From Octopus bimaculoides (Eukaryota): a stretch of DNA of 64,000 nt. A model generated the notes under the pieces. The model saw only the letters and a program-made list of their open reading frames with translations. It did no database searches and had not been told where the DNA came from. The position numbers were made by a program, and so were the translations under genes. The stretch covers positions 127,050,683 through 127,114,682 of the forward strand of contig NC_068985.1 of the NCBI RefSeq assembly GCF_001194135.2, given 5' to 3'. Shown piece by piece: positions 62,740 through 64,000 of the stretch (the stretch's first letter is position 1; the number at the start of each line of letters is the position of its first letter).

Positions 62740-64000
62740 AGGTTGATGGCTCTTCTGGCAGACAAATCACAAATCCCTGCTCGATCTGTAGAAAAGGTGT
62801 AGGTAGAAACTCCATAAGATGTACTTGGTGTAAGTTATGGACACATAAGAGGTGTAACAATATCAAAAGAAGGTTAACTAAGAAGGTAGTTTTTGTGTAT
62901 GGCAGATGCACAGGGGCAATATTCTCTGAAGATGTACAGAAAACAGATTCCATCACATGCCAGGGGGTAATAACTAGAAGTAGTTGATAGCTTCTATTAC
63001 CTAAGTGACCAAGTCAGTAGCAGTGGGTGGATGCTCTGAGAGTATAGCTGCTAGAATAAGAATAGCCTGGGAAAAGTTCAGAGAGCTCCTACCTCTGCTG
63101 GTAACAAAGGGCCTCTTACTCAAAGTGAAAGCTAGACAGTATGATGCCTGTGTGTGAACATTCATGCTACACGGCACTGAAACATGGGCTGTGACTACTG
63201 AGGAGATGCGTAGGCTTAAAGGAAATGAAGCTAGTATGCTCCACTGGATGTATAACGTCAGTGTGCATACACAACAGTGTAAGCGCCCTGAGAGAAAAGT
63301 TGGACACAAGAAGCATCAGATGTGGTGTGCAAGAGAGACAATTGCACTGTTATGGTCATGTGTTGTGTATGGATGAGGACACCTGCGTGAAACAGTGTCA
63401 CACCCTAGCAGTGCTGGGAACCTGTGGAAGAGGTAGACTCAGGAAGACATGGGATGAGGTGGTGAAGCACTACCTTCAAAAGTTGGGCCTCACAGAGGTA
63501 ATGACAAGCAACCAAGACCTTTGGAGATATGCTGTGCTTGAGAAGACCTGGCAAGCCAAGTGAAACCGTAGCTATGGCCAATGCCAGTGTTGCATATCTG
63601 GTCCATTTAAAAATACACTTTCAATTGTCAGGCAATATGCTGTGAGGAGACCTGTTGAGCCAAGTGAAATTGTTGTCGTGGCTGATGCCAGTGCCAACTG
63701 ACTGGCACCTGTGCTGGTGGCACGTAAAAAGCACTACTTGAGCGTAGCTGATGTCAGTGCTGCCTGACCGGCTCCCGTGCTGGTGGCACATAAAAATACC
63801 TTTCGAGCGTGGTCGATGCCAGTGCCTGGCTCCCGTGATGGTGGTACATAAAAAGCACCATTTGAGTGTGCTCAATACCAGTGCTGCCTGACTGGCTCCC
63901 GTGATGGTGGTACATAAAATGCACCATTTGAGTGGGCTCAATACCAGTGCTGCCTGACTGGCTCCCGTGATGGTGGTACATAAAATGCACCATTTGAGTG
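62740..64000 (+). mobile_element. RTE LINE 3' part with tandemly repeated 3' UTR
   Basis: PCSICRKGVGRNSI.CT.CKLWTHKRC; GGCSESIAARIRIAW.KFRELLPLL; LHGTETWAV; GTCGRGR.RKTWDEVV. Confidence 0.9.
63700..64000 (+). repeat. 66-bp minisatellite in the RTE 3' UTR
   Basis: ctggctcccgtgatggtggtacataaaa recurs at 63826, 63892 and 63958. Confidence 0.9.

Noticed and set aside
63621-63993. Repetitive ORFs MVHFMYHHHGSQSGSTGIE...
   Set aside because: Antisense translation of the 66-bp RTE 3' UTR minisatellite.

Overview
AT-rich, gapped animal genomic DNA. The repeat families and gene sequences point to an octopus-like cephalopod; this is an inference, not a database result. Three spliced protein-coding genes can be reconstructed by hand. 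(1) A minus-strand ANKRD16 orthologue with 4 exons found: 50400-50042, 18795-18673, 14877-14780, 12538-12387. Its expected 3' exons are not visible in the window. (2) A complete 4-exon, 138-aa FABP/intracellular lipid-binding protein gene on the plus strand (28919-40031), nested inside the 31-kb first intron of ANKRD16. (3) The last two coding exons of an unidentified minus-strand gene (62652-62556, 60027-59770). The rest is mostly decayed transposons: Tx1/L1, RTE, CR1, CRE and HERO-like non-LTR elements, Penelope-like elements (PLEs), Gypsy, hAT, mariner, Tigger-like MITE, Helitrons and SINEs, plus microsatellites and N gaps. Most notable observations: the three lysines recalled as serine acceptors in mouse ANKRD16 are conserved; the nested FABP lacks the canonical Arg/Tyr carboxylate clamp and its upstream region has an orphan duplicate; a PLE terminal repeat combines a tRNA-like segment with a hammerhead ribozyme core; a CRE-clade retroelement is bracketed by a 41-bp direct repeat; and short TTAGGG arrays have grown out of seeds inside transposons. 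Nearly all entries in the supplied ORF track are spurious or gap artefacts.
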